A stretch of DNA of 63,984 nt, counting the filler, from Lama guanicoe (Eukaryota), in the NCBI GenBank assembly GCA_013239625.1. It is 81 parts of 77 records of this genome, joined end to end, with 100 filler letters (N's around TTAATTAATTAA, not from the genome) between each part and the next. Parts side by side here need not be neighbours in the genome. Positions count along the whole stretch, not along the records: positions 63,878 to 63,984 come from MU057206.1; 80 more parts are not named here. One strand, given 5' to 3'. Both the position numbers and the translations under genes were made by a program. The notes under the pieces are model-generated. The model did not search any database, was not told the DNA's origin, and saw nothing but the letters and a program-made list of their open reading frames with translations. Positions within the stretch are counted from its first letter, which is position 1. Every line of letters starts with the position of its first letter. Below are positions 63,878 through 63,984 of this stretch, one piece after another.

Positions 63878-63984
63878 CCTCTGTCCCTGGGATTGCCTGC
63901 AAACCACCCTAGCATTCCCTGGAACAGAGACATTAGAAAAAACCCAGGGGAGACGAGCTAAGGCATTCCGTTAGAACCCACGCG
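63878..63984 (-). repeat. 267-bp satellite (partial)
   Basis: CCCTAGCATTCCCTGG..GGCATTCCGTTAGAACCCACGCG. Confidence 0.92.

Overview
This window is not a contiguous locus. It joins 81 short unplaced scaffolds (about 0.1-1.3 kb) with 80 artificial 100-bp spacers (N44-TTAATTAATTAA-N44), so adjacency across spacers has no biological meaning and most ORF-track entries are artefacts. The DNA is mammalian and very likely camelid (alpaca/llama/camel), judged from three copies of a tRNA-derived SINE resembling Vic-1. Content is mostly repeats: a 267-bp GC-rich satellite (7 scaffolds), a ~249-bp satellite family with homogeneous and diverged layers (4), a 7-bp-unit AGAATAT satellite with higher-order periods (11), a multicopy repeat of about 3 kb or more built from a decayed LINE-1 (6), plus L1, L2, MIR, LTR and DNA-transposon fragments. 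The only convincing host coding sequence is two spliced exons of a NUT-family (NUTM2-like) gene at 59320-59891 (-). I found no support for a new enzymatic or defence system; the most interesting signals are repeat architectures. All family assignments are from recognition and hand alignment, not database searches.
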